Assembly (NCBI GenBank): GCA_963675665.1
Contig: OY776510.1
Location: forward strand, 3,990,019-4,054,018
Direction: 5' to 3'
DNA from: Spirochaetia bacterium
GTDB taxonomy: Bacteria; Spirochaetota; Spirochaetia; UBA9216
Length of the DNA stretch: 64,000 nt
Below are positions 28,239 to 43,137 of the stretch, in pieces; positions within the stretch are counted from its first letter, which is position 1, and each line of letters begins with the position of its first letter. Both the position numbers and the translations under genes were made by a program. The notes below the pieces were generated by a model. The model was not told where the DNA came from and searched no databases. It saw only the letters and a program-made list of their open reading frames with translations.

Positions 28239-29476
28239 ATGAATGTGATTTCAGTTTTGACCATTTCCGCTGCCATTCTGTACCTGTACTTTACCATCAT
28301 GGTTATCCGGACAACAATATTTTCGGTGTCCAAATGGCTGCTTGCGGCATGTTCGTTCTGCCTTATGTACTGGGCATTTCTGGCATATTTCACCTACAAT
28401 GCCTCGGATTTAAAACATATCCGTCTTCTTTTTCAGATTTCTTCAAGCGGTTTAATACTGTTCTTACCCCTGCAGAACCTGTTTTTAAAATCCCTCCACG
28501 GCAGGATAACCATTCCCCATATCCTGACTGTAAGCCTGCCGGCGCTGATATTCATCATAAGAAACACCTGCTGGGACGTAACCTTCTCGGATTTCTATCT
28601 TGAAAACGGGCAATGGCTATTCGTAAAAGCCGAAGGCGTATGGAACCTCTTATGGAGCTTTTATATGCCGGCGATGGTTGCGGCGGGAAATATGTTCCTT
28701 CTGCTCTGGTACAGGAAAACCACTCTTAACCGGGAAAAGAAGCAGATAAGACTGCTTATAATATCCTCGACTATAACACTGATACTTTCAGTAGCGGAAT
28801 ACTTGTTTCATCCGTTCTTTTCCGATCTATGGACAGTATCCATCTCGCCTGTCCTTTTCGTCCCCTGGGTTTACGGATTTGTATTGGCGATTAAAAGATA
28901 CCAGCTTTTTAACATAGTTATTGAGGATGTCACCCGGCGTATACTTGAATCCATCGATGAGCTTGTAGTTCTGGTGGGCTCTGATGGAAAACCGGTTTAT
29001 TTCAACAGGAAAGCAGACGAATTTTTTCGTGAAACAGACAACAACATAAGAAAAGGCAATTTCAGTATTCTTATACCAAAAACCGTTGGATCCAAAACCA
29101 TAACACAGGTAGAAATCAATAAACTTCCCTTAAAAAAAATCTTGTGCTGTCGCCTGTAAAACCGGACAGGAGCATCCAATCTCTTAACGTTGAAATAACG
29201 TCCGTGAAGGATAAATTTGAAGACCCGCTCGGCTATCTTATTATCGGCGCTGAAGCCGAACCGTCCGGAAGCATGTACCGTAAGTTCAAACTCTCACAGC
29301 GGGAAGCCGATGTTGCAAGCGGACTTTTAAATGGTCTCAGAACACAGGCCATCGCCGAATCGTTGGGAATATCTGAACGTACCGTAAAAGCCCATATAAG
29401 CAATATCTTTAAAAAAACGGGCGTATCAAGCAGGGTTGAGTTTATTTCAATGTTCTTTGAGGAGAAAAGACAGTAA
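28239..29476 (+). pseudogene. 7TM-receptor/PAS/LuxR-HTH regulator split by a frameshift at an A8 homopolymer (29132-29139)
   Basis: ORF 28239-29159 encodes a multi-TM N-terminus and the start of a PAS domain. ORF 29144-29476, in another frame, is open from 29123 and encodes the rest of the PAS plus a LuxR/GerE HTH (LSQREADVASGLLNGLRTQAIAESLGISERTVKAHISNIFKKTG). The frames meet exactly at ttAAAAAAAAtc. Confidence 0.55.
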
Positions 29477-29624
29477 CCGGGCAGGCGTTCCAGGCTTACC
29501 TTAAACTCCAACCGAGCAAACCATAAAAAAAATTAAAAAAAATCTTTTTCTAGTACCTTCGTACGATGTTGAATTTCTCCGGCGGGGATATAATTTTCAC
29601 AATAAGTGTATCCGGAGGAATGAT

Positions 29625-31691
29625 ATGTTCAAAAAGTTGATAATAACCATACTTATCTTATACCTGCTGATCACAGCATCTATAAGTTCCGATCCTGAGA
29701 ATCAGCTTGGTATAAGTATTACACCGCACGGAGCAATTCCCGTCGGCTCGAGCATTGAACTGTTCGGGTTCGGATACGGCGCCGACGCGTCTGTCTCATT
29801 CATTCCCGGATTTTTACAGTATATCGGAGCACAGGCGGGATTTACCTATACAAACCAGCCGCTTTCTTCAGCTAATTCCATAAACGTTATCCAGGGATGG
29901 GCAGGTCCCGTGGCGCGATACCCCTTCACCGAACGCCTGTCGGTATATGCCGCAGGCAAAGCAGGCTATTACTACTGGGCCCCGCTTGCCTGGGATGCCG
30001 AAGGCGTCAACGGAGGAGGTTTTACCGCAGGAGGCGGCGCCGGCGCGCTGTTTCGAATTACCGGACCGCTTACCCTTGGAGCAAATGTATCCTATGAATA
30101 CCTTAACAAACTGTATAACGGTATAAGCGTCAACCTTGCAGTTAATTTCGATTTTCCGGGACTTAAAAGTGAAAGTATCGATGTCGAGATAGATGATATC
30201 AGGATAATTCCGTTGTTCCCGGTCCTCTACGGTTACTATTCAAACCATCCCATAGGCACTGTAAAGGTCAGGAACACCGGAAACCGTGCAGAGAAAGATA
30301 TCAACATCCAGTTTTACCTGGAACGGTACATGGACAACCCGATGAAGGTCGGGTCGAACTTTGATCTTGCCCCGGGCGAAGAAAAAGATATTGATTTATT
30401 TGCGCTGTTCACCGAAGACCTGATGCAGATAACCGAGGGGACCAAAGCTTCGGCCCTGATCTCAGCTACAAAAACCGTCGGCGAAAAGGAGATAACGAAG
30501 GACTTTACCGGCGTAATCGACTTCTATAACAGAAATGCCCTGTCATGGACCGACAACCGCCGTATCGCATCCTTCATGACGGCGAAAGATCCGGAAATCA
30601 TGAATTTTTCGAAGAATGTTATGACCTGGGTAAAGTCTTCACAGAACCCGGCAATCGACGAGAACCTTCAGAAAGCCATGGCGATGTTTGAGGCGCTGAA
30701 AAACCGCGGGGTAAGCTACGAGGTGGACCCGGCTACCCCTTTCCGTGAGTTTTCCGAAGAATCTGCGTCAATCGACTTTCTGCAGTTTCCCCGGCAGACG
30801 CTTCAGTACACAAACGGCGACTGTGACGACCTTACCACCCTGTATTGTACCCTGCTTGAGTCGGTCGGCGTTGAAACAGCCTTTATAACGGTCCCCGGTC
30901 ACATCTACGCAGCTTTTACACTGAAGATGGGCCCTGATGAAGCGCAAAAAACTTTTCTGAATCCGGATGAACTTATACTAACCGAAAGCAGGGCGTGGGT
31001 ACCTGTCGAAATCACCATGTTTCAGGAAAGCTTCGAGCGGGCATGGGCCTACGGAGCGAAAGAATGGCGTCAGTACGATGCCGAAGAACTATCGGTACTG
31101 TATCCGGTCCGTGAAGCATGGCAAACCTTTCAGGCAGTCGGGTTCCGCGACTCATCAACCGTTGAACTGCCCGACAGACCCGAAGTGACAACGGCATTCA
31201 TGAACAGCATTAACCGTCATGTCGATCGCGAAATCCACCCGCAGATTGAGCAGATCCGGAAGAAGATTGACGAGGGCGGCAGAGCAAAAACCCGATGGCA
31301 GAACAAACTCGGCGTAGTCTACGCGCGTTACGGTCTCTACGATAAAGCGTCTGAAGCCTTTGAAACGGTTCTGCAGGACGAAGAATACATTCCCGCGCTG
31401 AACAACCTCGGCGGTATATACTTTCTTAAGGAAAAATACGAAAAAGCACTCGAATACTACGACCGCGCGCTGCAGCAGGACGACAGCAGCAAAGCAGCGC
31501 TGCTGGGCACAGCCCGCTGCAGCCATGAGCTTGAGAACTACTACCTTGTAAAGAAAACATACGCCAGATTAGCCGAACTCGATTCTCAGCTGGCGGAACA
31601 GTATGCATACCTTGACATGAAGGGAGCCGAAGCCACCCGCGCCGCAGCCGCCGAAGAAATGAAATACCGAATCCTTTGGGAGGATGAATAA
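29625..31691 (+). CDS. Large secreted protein with a transglutaminase-like core and C-terminal TPR (paralog B), compositionally GC-rich
   Basis: 688 aa. Same architecture as 17644-19782 (LQFPRQTLQYTNGDCDDLTTLYCTLLESVGVETAFITVPGHIY ... HELENY). GC-rich codon use (GGCGGCGCCGGCGCGCTG). Arg-rich spurious antisense ORFs appear only here. Confidence 0.6.
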   Translation: MFKKLIITILILYLLITASISSDPENQLGISITPHGAIPVGSSIELFGFGYGADASVSFIPGFLQYIGAQAGFTYTNQPLSSANSINVIQGWAGPVARYPFTERLSVYAAGKAGYYYWAPLAWDAEGVNGGGFTAGGGAGALFRITGPLTLGANVSYEYLNKLYNGISVNLAVNFDFPGLKSESIDVEIDDIRIIPLFPVLYGYYSNHPIGTVKVRNTGNRAEKDINIQFYLERYMDNPMKVGSNFDLAPGEEKDIDLFALFTEDLMQITEGTKASALISATKTVGEKEITKDFTGVIDFYNRNALSWTDNRRIASFMTAKDPEIMNFSKNVMTWVKSSQNPAIDENLQKAMAMFEALKNRGVSYEVDPATPFREFSEESASIDFLQFPRQTLQYTNGDCDDLTTLYCTLLESVGVETAFITVPGHIYAAFTLKMGPDEAQKTFLNPDELILTESRAWVPVEITMFQESFERAWAYGAKEWRQYDAEELSVLYPVREAWQTFQAVGFRDSSTVELPDRPEVTTAFMNSINRHVDREIHPQIEQIRKKIDEGGRAKTRWQNKLGVVYARYGLYDKASEAFETVLQDEEYIPALNNLGGIYFLKEKYEKALEYYDRALQQDDSSKAALLGTARCSHELENYYLVKKTYARLAELDSQLAEQYAYLDMKGAEATRAAAAEEMKYRILWEDE

Positions 31692-31786
31692 AATGCGCTT
31701 CGCACTTTTTATTGTGAAGTATGAAAAGCAGAGCTTTTCATACTTCACCGCATTATAACGCCGCCAAAACGTAAAACGGAGGAGAT

Positions 31787-33147
31787 ATGAAAATCAGTAA
31801 AAAAACAACAGCAGTTATTTTGATTATTATAGCCGCGCTGGCGGCAACAGCCTGTACGATTGAGTCGGAGTATGTAACGGCCTTAAAAGAGAAAATTGAA
31901 AATGATCTGAATCCGCCTGATACATCTGTTAAATTTCAGCTTACAATTATCGCCGGCTCCGGCGGCAAAATACTTTCCCCCAATATTTCCCCTTTGGAGG
32001 TTAAAAAAGACGATCCGACTTCCATAGAAGCACAAGCCGATTCGGGATATCTTTTTGGATATTGGGCAATAACTTCTGGTGAAGCAGTTATTGATGATTA
32101 TCTAAAGGCAAATACTTCAGTTATTCTCAGCATTGGAGATGCAACAATTCAGGCTATATTCACGGATATTAATGCACCTGAGCCGCCGGTTGTCAGCGGT
32201 GAGAATAAAACAAACGACACAACCCCTACCTGGACATGGATCAGTTCCGATGAAGATGGAATCGGGGTTTTCAGATATAAGCTTGATGACAGTATTATGA
32301 CTACAGGAGCAACGGAAACTACAGAAACTGCCTTTACACCTTCTTCTTTTTTAGTTGAAGGAAACCATACATTATTTGTTCAGGAGAAAGACGGTTTCGA
32401 TAACTGGTCCAATATCGGCAGCCATACGATAGAGATTGATATTACTCCTCCGGAGAGCCCGGTATTCCATGTATCAAATTATTCAAAAACTTCATCGCAA
32501 CAACCCTCATGGACCTGGACCAATGGAAACGGAGACGGTATCAGGATCTATAGATTTAAACTGGACAACAGTGATCTCAGTGATATTCCTGAAATAGATG
32601 AAACAACAGCTACAAGTTATACACCGGTAGAAAATCTCCCCGAAGGGGATCATACACTCTATGTGCAGGAGAAAGATAGTGTCGATAACTGGTCTGAATC
32701 AGCTTCCCATTCTATTGAAGTCGACATTACCGGTCCTTCGGCTCCCACGGTAACATCAGCATCTTCAAGTTGGGACATGACTCCTTCATGGAGCTGGACC
32801 AGTACTGCTTTAGACGGAAGCGGTACATACAGGTACAGGCTTGATAATAGTAACCTTGAAGATCAGGTTGGGGAGGCATCAACATCATATACCAGCAGTG
32901 CACTCGGTAATGGAACACACCGTCTTTATGTTCAGGAAAAGGATGATGTAGGCAACTGGGGTACAATAGGCGATTACGCAGTTTCTGTCAGCTGGAGTCC
33001 CCCGTCGTTGGTAACCCCTGCGAATGCCGGAGATTCTTATTGTGTTGAAGTCGACCTTGACTGGAATAATGTAACCAATGCATCAGGTTATTACATACAG
33101 GTGGATAATGATCCTGACTTTAATAGTCCGTATAACTGGACAACTAC
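31787..33147 (+). pseudogene. N-terminal fragment of a repeat-rich surface lipoprotein gene disrupted by IS66 insertion
   Basis: Lipoprotein signal (AALAATAC). Three ~95-aa tandem repeats (TPTWTWISSDEDGIGVFRYKLDDS / PSWTWTNGNGDGIRIYRFKLDNS / PSWSWTSTALDGSGTYRYRLDNS). The frame is cut by the IS66 left end after ...NWTTT; the stop TAA lies inside the IS terminal repeat. Confidence 0.7.
33140..33147. repeat. Target-site duplication ACAACTAC (left copy) of the IS66 insertion
   Basis: The identical 8-mer sits immediately outside both IS ends (33140-33147 and 35453-35460). 8 bp is the typical TSD length for the IS66 family. Confidence 0.8.
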
Positions 33148-33166
33148 GTAAGCGGTAATTCTTCCC

Positions 33167-34699
33167 CTATGACTTTATCTGTTCAGCGGTCAGGTTGAAC
33201 GGTAGCAGTTTTTCATAATCTGCGGGTTCTTCACAGTACGGTAACTTGCGAAAAACATAGTAGAAGTAATCATAGACCGATAGCTTCTGCAATTTAGCAG
33301 ATTCAACAAGACTGTAGAGTACCGCCGAAGATTCGGCTCCATGTTCGGTGTCGGAAAACAACCAGTTCTTCCGTCCGATTACAAACGGCCGGATTGCATT
33401 TTCAGCAATGTTGTTCGACGGAGTAAGCAGCGGATCTTCCAGGTATAACTTTAACTGAACCCAGTTATCAAGCGTGTATGATATCGCCTTCCCGAAAGCC
33501 ATTGTAGGCGGAGTCCCTGCTGCATGTTTAGTAAGCTGTTTGAATAAAGAATCAAGGATAGATCCGGCCTGGTTGGCTCGATGCTTCTGAAAGCCTTTTT
33601 TGGAATATTGCTCGCGCAGGGCTTCAAGCTCGAACAGGTCTTTAATCAATTCAAGTATATGTTTTACTTCCGGAGATTTAGACATCTCCCAGTATTTATA
33701 AAAATACCTTCTGGCATGCGCCCAACATAAAACATGACGAGGTCCATCATGTCCATCTTTTCGCAGCCTTTTCAAAGCAGTGTGATAGGCCTCATAATCA
33801 TCAGTCTGCAACCAACCGGTATAACCTTGCAGAAAATCATACGGTATTTCATGAGAACGGCCTGTTTCATACTGAAACACTACCGATTTTTTATCAGGTT
33901 TTCCGCCAAGAAAGACCCACATCCAGGATTTATCCTGTGCTTTGCGACCTTTTTCTTTCAAAACCTGTACCCGGGTTTCATCGGCATTTATTATCGGCCC
34001 GTTTTTAATATTATCTTTAAGCAACTCATAAATCGGTCTGCATTTATCAGCGCACTTTATTGCCAATGTGCTCAGTGTTGCCCTTGGAATATCTGCACCA
34101 ATTGTATTCAGTCTCTTGCTCTGACGGTAGAACGGGAGAGCATATTCAAACTTCTCATTTATGATCCACGCGAGAAGGCTTTCATCGGCAATGCTCCCGG
34201 CGATCAGATGTTTAATCCCTTCAGCAGTCTGCACCCCCGAAGTTTCATCGGTGGTTCCTTCACAATTTCTGCAAACATATTTTTTCTTTATCTCACGCCT
34301 GACTACTACTTTCGCAGGAACTATGCATAGCCGTTCGGAGACATCTTCACCAATACAAATCTTCTCAGTTCCGCAAGCGCATGTTTTATCTTCCTCATCA
34401 ATATCGTATTCAATAATTTCTCGGGGAAGATCTTCTGACAGAGCTTTTCTACCGACACCCTTACGAACAGTTTTCGTGTGAGCTTTTACTTCACGGGTCT
34501 CAGTTTCTATTTCTTCGTTCTGCTCAAATGCCGTATCCTCTGCCTCGTTGAAAAGTGACGCCTGTTTTTTATCTTCATTCGTGAGCTTCTCTGATTTTGT
34601 TCCGAAATGAAGAGATTGCAAAAGCTGGACCTGCTCTTCTAATCGGGCAATTTTTATTTTTAATTTCTCATTCTCTTCAAGCAAAGCCTGGCTGTTCAT
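33167..34699 (-). CDS. IS66 family transposase TnpC (DDE, zinc finger, N-terminal leucine zipper)
   Basis: 510 aa. N-terminal coiled coil (LEENEKLKIKIARLEEQVQLLQSL), a Cys-rich zf-IS66 region, and the IS66 DDE core. Confidence 0.85.
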   Translation of the reverse strand: MNSQALLEENEKLKIKIARLEEQVQLLQSLHFGTKSEKLTNEDKKQASLFNEAEDTAFEQNEEIETETREVKAHTKTVRKGVGRKALSEDLPREIIEYDIDEEDKTCACGTEKICIGEDVSERLCIVPAKVVVRREIKKKYVCRNCEGTTDETSGVQTAEGIKHLIAGSIADESLLAWIINEKFEYALPFYRQSKRLNTIGADIPRATLSTLAIKCADKCRPIYELLKDNIKNGPIINADETRVQVLKEKGRKAQDKSWMWVFLGGKPDKKSVVFQYETGRSHEIPYDFLQGYTGWLQTDDYEAYHTALKRLRKDGHDGPRHVLCWAHARRYFYKYWEMSKSPEVKHILELIKDLFELEALREQYSKKGFQKHRANQAGSILDSLFKQLTKHAAGTPPTMAFGKAISYTLDNWVQLKLYLEDPLLTPSNNIAENAIRPFVIGRKNWLFSDTEHGAESSAVLYSLVESAKLQKLSVYDYFYYVFRKLPYCEEPADYEKLLPFNLTAEQIKS

Positions 34700-34737
34700 A
34701 AATAAATTTTAACATGATTAAATTCCGGTGTGAAGCA

Positions 34738-35082
34738 TTAAACGCGGGAATATGATAATTCTTTATGCGCGTTGAAGAAATCTATCCCGTCCAGCAGCAT
34801 CTTAAGTTCCTCGAATCTGATTTCTCTGGCCTCTTCTTCTGTTTCAGGCCAGGGAAACTTGTTCTTCTCCAACCGTTTCTGCCATAGGCAGAATCCGTTT
34901 CGATCCCAGTAGACAATTTTCAAAAGTTTTTGTTGGCCGTTACAGAACAGAAACAAACTTTTCGAAAACGGGTCATTATGCATTACGTTCTGAATCTGAA
35001 GGCTCAATCCGTTTACCCCTTTTCTTAAATCCGTTTTGCCGGGCCGTATAAAATATCGGTAATCTGTATAATCGAAAATCAT
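34738..35082 (-). CDS. IS66 Orf2 (TnpB) accessory protein
   Basis: 114 aa. IS66 Orf2 signature (GKTDLRKGVNGLSLQIQ ... LFLFCNGQQKLLKIVYWDRNGFCLWQKRLE). Confidence 0.8.
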   Translation of the reverse strand: MIFDYTDYRYFIRPGKTDLRKGVNGLSLQIQNVMHNDPFSKSLFLFCNGQQKLLKIVYWDRNGFCLWQKRLEKNKFPWPETEEEAREIRFEELKMLLDGIDFFNAHKELSYSRV

Positions 35083-35414
35083 TCAAGTTCTCCGATTATT
35101 CTCAGAACTGATTTCAGCTCGGCTTCATCAAACCCGGCAGTTATTGATATTAAAAACTTTTTGGACTTCAATACAATTGGTGCAGCTGCTACAGATTGAA
35201 CGGGTTTTATTTCTATTATCTCTGAGCTCTTTGACAGGTTCATACCGAACCGTTTTCTGTGCTTATAGAAAGTATTTGGATGAATTTCAATCTCTTTGCA
35301 AAACTCCGGAATTGATTTTCCGCTCATCTGTTGTTGTTCAAATATTTCTTCCCAGTTTTTGATTATCTTCTTCATTTCATTCCTCCGTGATTCTTTTCCC
35401 GGAGGATAGTACAT
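35079..35414 (-). CDS. IS66 Orf1 (TnpA) HTH protein
   Basis: 111 aa. Small HTH transposase-like protein overlapping tnpB by 4 nt, as in IS66 elements. Confidence 0.7.
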   Translation of the reverse strand: MYYPPGKESRRNEMKKIIKNWEEIFEQQQMSGKSIPEFCKEIEIHPNTFYKHRKRFGMNLSKSSEIIEIKPVQSVAAAPIVLKSKKFLISITAGFDEAELKSVLRIIGELE

Positions 35415-35452
35415 TTTCAGATTTTCGCAAGAAGGAAAGAATTACCGCTTAC

Positions 35453-36184
35453 ACAACTACAGCATCAGAATATGAATCCAGTACAAGGCTGACCCCGGAT
35501 GAAACATACTACTGGCACGTCCGCGCAAGGAATCCTGAAGGAGATTACAGCGCGTACAGCAGCCGCTGGAGTTTTTATGTAGATCACAAAGATGACTGGT
35601 TGTTTTCTACAGGCCCTAGCGGCGGTGTTGTTATTTACGATGATGAAAATATAACGGAGATGCAGGACTTTTATATAAATTATTTGGGTATGACCTCTGT
35701 TGATTTCAAAACTTTGCCGGGAGATTACCGCTACATAGAAATAGCTCCGGCTGATGCGTCATCAGATGCCATATTCAACAGTATATATAGACCAACTTTT
35801 AATCAAACAACATCTACAGATATTGGAACAGGTCAGGCAAACTGCGATTCATTATGGGTAACGGACGGGGCTATCAATATAGCGGAGTCATTTTCCTGCT
35901 CCTACGATGGAAAGACTTATAGTGACTGGTTTCTGCCGTCATTGGATACTATGGAACTGGCCTGCTACTTATTGAATTCATTTCCGGTGGATAATATCGA
36001 TGAATCTGTTTATTGGACATCCTCCTACGAAGCTTTACCTGTAGTGGGCGCTTATACAATAGCGTTTAAAGCTATTTCCGTCTCCGGCTATTCTTACTCG
36101 TTAGGTGACATCCTTCTGGCTCCTGAAACAGGCCCTCCGTCCGGAGAACCGAATATTGCAGTTCTGACGGGTCGCATGTTTTAA
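35453..36184 (+). pseudogene. C-terminal fragment of the IS66-disrupted surface lipoprotein (FN3-like end)
   Basis: The frame resumes exactly at the right TSD copy (ACA ACT ACA GCA = TTTA...) and continues ...SEYESSTRLTPDETYYWHVRARNPEGDYSAYSSRWSF (FN3-like). Removing the IS plus one TSD copy restores one ORF of ~696 codons. Confidence 0.7.
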
Positions 36185-36526
36185 CAGTTCCGCAGCCTTT
36201 CCATACCTGCAAAACTATCTTGTTCCGGAAGAATCTGCTGCGTCTCTGCAGTTTGACGTAGGTAAACATCCAAATGTTTTATTTTGCGGGGCTGAAGCCC
36301 CCTAAAATAAAAAAAGCCTGGCGAAGATGCTGTCGCATCTTAAACGACCGGAAAGAGCTATTATTTAACTCTAACTCTGTCATTTCCAGACTTCTCGATT
36401 TAATTTGAAACTTTCATTTCAATTAAATTGCTCTTTCTGAAGTTTCGTATCCGAAACTTCCAAGATCTTTCTTAGACTGGTATTTTATTTTAAAAGACAC
36501 TTTCAGTGCCTTTTAAAATAAAAAAA

Positions 36527-36638
<112 letters not shown>

Positions 36639-36761
36639 ATTATTCATAATTATATCTAACAGGGATAGAAACCGAACTCGACAGGTTGCATTTTCAAGGA
36701 GTTTTCTTAAACTCACGCAGCCTATTGGTTCAATTCCTTGAGAATTGATTAAGGGGAAATA

Positions 36762-39770
<3,009 letters not shown>

Positions 39771-40126
39771 CTTCCCTGTACTTTTCATCTCCCTGTTATG
39801 GACGAAAAGTAATTAAAACTACCTTCTACAGCAGTTCCTTTCTATTTTAAAGAACAGTGAAGTTCAACGTTGTTGAACTTCCGAAGCTTTTTAAAAGCTT
39901 CACAAGTCATCGCTTCGCTCTGACTTTCAGGAGTTTTGCTTTCAGCAAAACATCCGCTTAATTTAACCGTTTAAGGTTTAGTTTTTTTAAGCAAATTTTT
40001 AAAATTTGCAGAAAAAAAAGAGCCATCAGCACAACTGCCAACAACCTTATTAACACACCTCATCGTTCGGTGCGGTGAAGTTTTCTTTGAAAACTTCAAA
40101 ATTAAAAGGCGTAGCCTTTTAATAAA

Positions 40127-40201
<75 letters not shown>

Positions 40202-40460
40202 TAAAGCATCCTTCGGATGCTTTTCGGAGTTTTGCTTCACTTCGTTCCGCAAAACATCCATAACTGCAATCCGTTAGTGCTTTTAGCATCCTTAAACCAG
40301 GATACTAAATATAAAAAGGAAGAAGAGAGAGCGGAGAAACGGCAATCCGTTTCTCTGAAGTTTGACTTCGCCAAACTTCACCATGTTTGTCATACCCATA
40401 CGGGTACTTAATCCGGAAATTAGCAGCTGTGCTGACCACTTTCCGTTCCTTTCTCACAGA

Positions 40461-41998
<1,538 letters not shown>

Positions 41999-42396
41999 TA
42001 GTCTAGCTAACCCTAAGATTAGCCAGTTTTATCCTAACAATTATTGAATCAGCAAGCTGATTCAATTTGAAGTTTCTTTCGAAACTTCAGACGGGTCATA
42101 CAGTATTCTGCATATCTCAGCAGACTCACTGCAATCACCCAAACACAGGCTCTCTCCATCCCTATTTAATTTAAAAGAACAAGATTGAAAAACATAAAAG
42201 CTTTTCAACCATGAAGTTTGCCGAAGGCAAACTTCAAATTGAAACCCGGAGGGTTTCAATAAGCGTGCAGTTGTTTTACCAAATACAGCTCTTTGTGTCA
42301 AGCATGTCGTGAAAATAATTTCAAGTATTTTCAGAAGTTGCTTAATCGGTATGCCTTTTGAAGCTGTTCTTGCAAGCTTCTTTAGAAGGCTTGATA

Positions 42397-42425
42397 TGTA
42401 TACTTATTTGCTTTAAAAAAGTCAA
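42397..42425 (-). promoter_or_regulatory. Candidate rrn promoter (TTGACT-17-TATACA) at the head of the 16S leader
   Basis: Minus strand reads TTGACTtttttaaagcaaataagTATACA, ~400 nt upstream of the mature 16S, right after the stop of the upstream gene. Motif-level call only. Confidence 0.25.
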
Positions 42426-42432
42426 CACCTTA

Positions 42433-42762
42433 TCAGGAATTTCTTAATTCTTCTTCCTTGAAGGCTATATTTTTATCAACTTCAACCAGCTCATTTAAAA
42501 TCTCTTTTACACCGGAGGATGCCTGGGTTAAGGATTTGCGCTCATTAACAAGAAAGGCTTCGTATGCTTTTATACCGAGCTCATTAATAAGATCCTTCTT
42601 GCGGGTATTGAGCCTTCTGATGTCAATCTTTATGATACTTGTTTCTTCTATTTCTGCAGCCGCATCTTTGGCTTTTTTTAAAAATTGCTTAGACGTTTCT
42701 ATGCCGTAAGCAAGACTATCGTTAAGACCGTCCTGTAACTTTTCATAAATAGACATATTCTC
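42433..42762 (-). CDS. Hypothetical coiled-coil protein (109 aa)
   Basis: ORF with a strong RBS (GGAGGAG then ATG, MSIYEKL...). Charged and helical. No recognised domain. Confidence 0.45.
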   Translation of the reverse strand, partial: ENMSIYEKLQDGLNDSLAYGIETSKQFLKKAKDAAAEIEETSIIKIDIRRLNTRKKDLINELGIKAYEAFLVNERKSLTQASSGVKEILNELVEVDKNIAFKEEELRNS

Positions 42763-42861
42763 CTCCATATGCAATACTATATAGGATAGACCCGACTTTG
42801 CAGTAATTCAAGCAAAATATTAAAATCGGGTTAAAGTTTACAAATGAAGTAGAGCAGGATA

Positions 42862-43095
42862 ATGACTGAAGATAATGTATCTTATATAAGGTGCAGAAAT
42901 TGCGGCCGCTATATAGAGAAAAATCAGAGTATTAGTGAAATCTACTGTTCTGAAACCTGTGCCGGGACCTTTACCCGTTGCCCAAACTGTGGTAAATTTT
43001 TCCCGGCTTTGAATAAGGAACGCCACAACGGTTTCTGTTCACTCGAATGTGAAACAGTATATAACGAAGACGGTATCATAATTTCAGAAGATTAA
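42862..43095 (+). CDS. Small zinc-ribbon protein (four CxxC pairs)
   Basis: 77 aa with CRNC...CSETC...CPNC...CSLEC. Lies upstream of adk on the same strand. Confidence 0.5.
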   Translation: MTEDNVSYIRCRNCGRYIEKNQSISEIYCSETCAGTFTRCPNCGKFFPALNKERHNGFCSLECETVYNEDGIIISED

Positions 43096-43137
43096 AAGAA
43101 ACCCGACAGAAGGTTAAATCACAGAGGAGAAAATACA

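Larger units (their letters stand above)
33148..35452 (-). mobile_element. Complete IS66-family insertion sequence (tnpA-tnpB-tnpC), 2305 bp, with imperfect terminal inverted repeats
   Basis: Ends are GTAAGCGGTAATTCTTCCCC... (left) and the reverse complement GTAAGCGGTAATTCTTTCC... (right), 16/16 identical and starting with the IS66 hallmark GTAAGCG. Three IS66-type ORFs are in the canonical order. Flanked by an 8-bp direct repeat. Confidence 0.85.

Noticed and set aside
29897-30097. Arg-rich 66-aa ORF (RRRQRRRFYRRRRRRR)
   Set aside because: Antisense/off-frame product of the GC-rich paralog B gene. The poly-Arg composition is the expected artefact of GC-rich DNA, not a real peptide.
31689-31712. 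Weak hairpin AAATGCG-ctt-CGCACTTTTT after paralog B as a terminator
   Set aside because: Only a 4-5 bp stem. Kept as uncertain, not reported as a feature.
36288-36301. GGGGCTGAAGCCCC hairpin as a rho-independent terminator for the disrupted lipoprotein gene
   Set aside because: The stem is good, but it is followed by an A-rich rather than a U-rich tract on the plus strand, and the U-tract on the minus strand precedes the stem. The orientation fits neither transcript cleanly.
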